From the NCBI GenBank assembly GCA_964503955.1, contig CAZDCG010000001.1, forward strand, positions 109,804-173,803: DNA of 64,000 nt. Reading direction: 5' to 3'. The translations under genes and the position numbers were made by a program. The notes below the pieces were generated by a model. It was not told the DNA's origin. It worked only from the letters and a program-made list of their open reading frames with translations, and made no database searches. This DNA is from an uncultured Gammaproteobacteria bacterium. Lineage in GTDB: Bacteria; Patescibacteriota; Patescibacteriia; VMEV01; CAYQCH01. Shown here piece after piece: positions 61,503-64,000 of this stretch (positions are counted from its first letter, which is position 1; each line of letters begins with the position of its first letter).

Positions 61503-63284
61503 CTAGTGCCGATGAAACTTCTTATTCAGCTCCTCCACGCTTAAACCAAATATCGTTGGCCGTCCATGGCAGCAGGAAACTGCATTGTAGGTCTGGATAT
61601 CAGCCATAAGCTGCAACTGTTCCTCGCGCGTAAGCGGCTGGTGAAACGTAACCGCCGCCTTGCAGGCTGCCATCTGCGCGATTGCCATCCGGCGCTCTTC
61701 AACGCTTGAAGGACGGGATGTATCCTGTTCCATTTCTTCAAGCAGATTGAGAAAAAAGTGACGCAAGTCTTTAATGGTTAAATCCTGAGGCACGCCAGTA
61801 AGGCGGAATGTCCGCTCTCCAAATTCTTCGCCCTCAACCCCAAGGGAAGAGAGCATGTCCATTTGTTCCGTCAACAGGCTCCATTGTTTAGCCGAGAGTT
61901 CAAAAACTTCCGGCACAAGCAATTGCTGCACCTTAGGCTTGCTTCCCAGCGCAAGCAGTTTTTCAAGCAAAACACGTTCTGCCGCCGCATGCTGATCAAT
62001 CATCAGCAAGTCCTGACCGTCTTCAACAATGAGATAGCAATTATGGCTTTGACCGATGAGTTTCCACGTACCAAGCAGCCCCATCTCCTTATCCTCCTCT
62101 CTCACCTGCGACGGAAATGACTGTTTCTGCGTCTTAAAGGAGAAAGAAAGACCTCCCTGGATGGAATGCGGCCCATCATTTTTTGCAGACATGCCGCCGC
62201 CAAATTCAGGATAATGAGCAAGCTGTGGATTCGCCTGTGATGTCTGAGAAATCTGTGCGTCTGAATAGTCTGCGGTGCCACTTGACACCGATTCGGCAAC
62301 GAGCCTGCTTAAAACCTGCTTCACCGCATGATACACCTCTCTATATACCGCCGATGGATCCGCGAACTTCACTTCCGCCTTTCTTGGATGCACATTGACA
62401 TCGACAAGATCAGGTGCAATTGTCAGGTGCACGACAAAGGCAGGCTTGAATCCATTGGCGATGAGCGTTCCATACCCCTGCTGGATGGCTCTGGCAATGG
62501 TGTAATCTGATACCGCCCTTCCGTTCACGAAAAGATACTGCTCCGTCTGTCTCTCACGAGCCGATGAAGGATAACCAAGAAATCCGTTTAAGACTAAGGA
62601 GGCGCGCTGATAATGAAGCTCGACAAGTTCCTTGGACAGGTCCGGCCCAAGCACGTCCTGCACGCGGTGCTTCCAGTTATCGGTTTTCGCATAGGAAGCG
62701 ATTTGCTTGCCATTATGCGTCAGCTTGAATGAGATATTCGGCAAAAGCAGCGCCTGCCTCGTAAAAACATCCACGATTTGCCGAAACTCAGCATTGGCGG
62801 ATTTTAAAAATTTCTTTCTTGCCGGAACAGTATCAAATAAACCTTTCACCTCAATGATAGTTCCTGTCTGGCCCGCCGCTTCTTTTGATGTGATTTGTCC
62901 CTCGATAACATGAAGCTCGGTTGCGGCAAGACTTGTTTCCTCCTTGGTCAGCAGTCGAAATGATGAGACGGAAGAAATCGCCGCCAGAGCCTCTCCGCGA
63001 AAACCGAGTGTGCTGATTTTATGCAAATCATTGAGCTCGCGGATTTTACTGGTCGCATGCCGGCGCAAAGCCATCTGCGCATCGTCGGGCGACATCCCCG
63101 AACCATTGTCGATCACTTTGATCAATCGATGACCGCCCTCCTCAATCTCAACCGTAATCTGATCAGCACCTGCATCAATCGAATTCTCCACCAGCTCTTT
63201 GACAACCGAAGCGGGGCGTTCAACCACTTCGCCGGCTGAGATTTTGTTGATCAGATTTTGGTCTAATAAATGAATTTTAGCCAT
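61503..63284 (-). CDS. mutL: DNA mismatch repair protein MutL
   Basis: GHKL ATPase N-terminus (ISAGEVVERPASVVKELVENSIDAGA), a flexible linker, and a C-terminal dimerisation domain. Confidence 0.9.
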   Translation of the reverse strand: MAKIHLLDQNLINKISAGEVVERPASVVKELVENSIDAGADQITVEIEEGGHRLIKVIDNGSGMSPDDAQMALRRHATSKIRELNDLHKISTLGFRGEALAAISSVSSFRLLTKEETSLAATELHVIEGQITSKEAAGQTGTIIEVKGLFDTVPARKKFLKSANAEFRQIVDVFTRQALLLPNISFKLTHNGKQIASYAKTDNWKHRVQDVLGPDLSKELVELHYQRASLVLNGFLGYPSSARERQTEQYLFVNGRAVSDYTIARAIQQGYGTLIANGFKPAFVVHLTIAPDLVDVNVHPRKAEVKFADPSAVYREVYHAVKQVLSRLVAESVSSGTADYSDAQISQTSQANPQLAHYPEFGGGMSAKNDGPHSIQGGLSFSFKTQKQSFPSQVREEDKEMGLLGTWKLIGQSHNCYLIVEDGQDLLMIDQHAAAERVLLEKLLALGSKPKVQQLLVPEVFELSAKQWSLLTEQMDMLSSLGVEGEEFGERTFRLTGVPQDLTIKDLRHFFLNLLEEMEQDTSRPSSVEERRMAIAQMAACKAAVTFHQPLTREEQLQLMADIQTYNAVSCCHGRPTIFGLSVEELNKKFHRH

Positions 63285-63285
63285 A

Positions 63286-64000
63286 TCACTCAGCCTCCTC
63301 TTTCAACTCGAACAATAATTCCAGCGCCTTCATAGGCGTTATTTTATTGGGATCAATCTCTTTCAGTTTCTTTACAGCGGGATGGTCCGCCTGTTTCTGA
63401 ATCGGCATAAGGGGCAAGCTTTGTTGGCGCTGTTTTTTCTCGGCCTGATCCCAGGCATGCTGCTCCAAACGGGCGAGCAAATCCTTTGAACGGACAATGA
63501 GCTGATGCGGCAACCCCGCCAATTTAGCCACTTCAATGCCATAGCTTCGGCTGATTCCGCCTTCAATAACCTGATGCAAAAAGACAATGCCGTCTTCCTG
63601 CTCGGAAACCGCCACGGAAAAGTTTTTGGCTTTTTTCATGTCGGCAACCACTTCGATCAATTCATGGTAATGGGTCGCGAATAATGTTTTGGCACCGATG
63701 ATATCGTGCAGATACTCCGTGATTGCCCAGGCAAGACTTAAGCCGTCATACGTGCTCGTCCCTCGTCCAAGCTCATCAAGAATGACAAGGCTTTTTTCCG
63801 TGGCATGATGCAGGATATAGGATGCCTCCTGCATCTCAACCATGAAGGTGGATCGTCCTCGCGCGAGATTATCTGAAGCCCCTACGCGGGTAAAAATCCG
63901 GTCCATCACCGGCCAGGACATTTCTTTGGCCGGAACATAGCTGCCGATTTGCGAGAGCAGAACAATCAGCGCGTTCTGGCGCAAGTAGCTGGATTTTCCA
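63286..64000 (-). CDS. mutS: DNA mismatch repair protein MutS, C-terminal part (gene continues past window end)
   Basis: SLVILDELGRGTSTYDGLSLAWAITEYLHD (Walker B / ABC region) and a C-terminal HTH/dimerisation tail. The N-terminus is outside the window. Confidence 0.85.
   Translation of the reverse strand, partial: GKSSYLRQNALIVLLSQIGSYVPAKEMSWPVMDRIFTRVGASDNLARGRSTFMVEMQEASYILHHATEKSLVILDELGRGTSTYDGLSLAWAITEYLHDIIGAKTLFATHYHELIEVVADMKKAKNFSVAVSEQEDGIVFLHQVIEGGISRSYGIEVAKLAGLPHQLIVRSKDLLARLEQHAWDQAEKKQRQQSLPLMPIQKQADHPAVKKLKEIDPNKITPMKALELLFELKEEAE

Noticed and set aside
1-64000. Search for integrase or transposase genes, att-like direct repeats and tRNA-adjacent insertion that would mark the GC-rich islets as mobile elements
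   Set aside because: No recombinase-like ORF was seen. The single tRNA-Gln is not adjacent to any islet. The islets are called compositional anomalies only.

Overview
This 64-kb window looks like a housekeeping-dense region of a small bacterial genome of about 45-50% GC. The lineage is probably monoderm or Patescibacteria-like: it has a SufBCDS-SufU operon, a Ctc-type L25, DUF3048 and DUF378 proteins, a type IV pilin and a VirD4-like ATPase. That lineage call is inference only. Most genes sit on the minus strand. I can support the following core genes. secA (N-terminal fragment). The dcw cluster murD-ftsW-murG-murC-murB. pgeF, dinB and lexA. A malic enzyme and a PEBP-family protein. A MutY-like glycosylase. 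sufBCDSU. A patatin-like lipase. One tRNA-Gln(CUG). dnaX. A T4CP-like ATPase with a type IV pilin. rplY and rodA. gyrB, secE, nusG, rplK, rplA and yidC. A UvrD/RecB-nuclease fusion. rmuC, an IDI-like NUDIX protein, tatD, cvpA, metG, mutL and mutS (C-terminal fragment). The non-core content is as follows. Several 55-60% GC islets carry hypothetical genes with GTG starts and a shared GAGAAGGGAA-type RBS. One islet sits between dinB and lexA and shares a recurring ATTTGTAA/ATTCGT motif with both promoters and with the tatD upstream region, which suggests an SOS operator. There are at least five families of short structured repeats. (1) A GC hairpin, TGTCGGGCGYRGGGCTCYGWCCCCGCCCG, in three copies. 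(2) A GTTAAC/AACTCGTTAAC family in five intergenic sites. (3) A roughly 100-bp 5'-UTR element built from 10-bp periodic CCAAACG/CGTTTGG units that abuts the start codons of rplK, yidC and pgeF. (4) A 32-bp perfect hairpin duplicated around one islet gene. (5) TCTGTGCGTCTGAA-type repeats, one copy of which lies inside mutL. A 460-nt ORF-free region between rmuC and the helicase is densely structured. The best candidate for an undescribed system is a tightly packed plus-strand operon at 27125-33614. It encodes an Acg-family nitroreductase-like protein, a Leu/Phe/Val-dehydrogenase-family enzyme, a class I SAM methyltransferase, a PaaK-like adenylate-forming ligase, and an E1/ThiF-like adenylyltransferase that carries a roughly 170-aa N-terminal extension reminiscent of the MccB peptide clamp, followed by an alpha/beta hydrolase and an orphan 7TM histidine kinase. 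It has its own promoter and a GC-rich patatin gene immediately upstream. No CRISPR array, transposase or integrase was seen.
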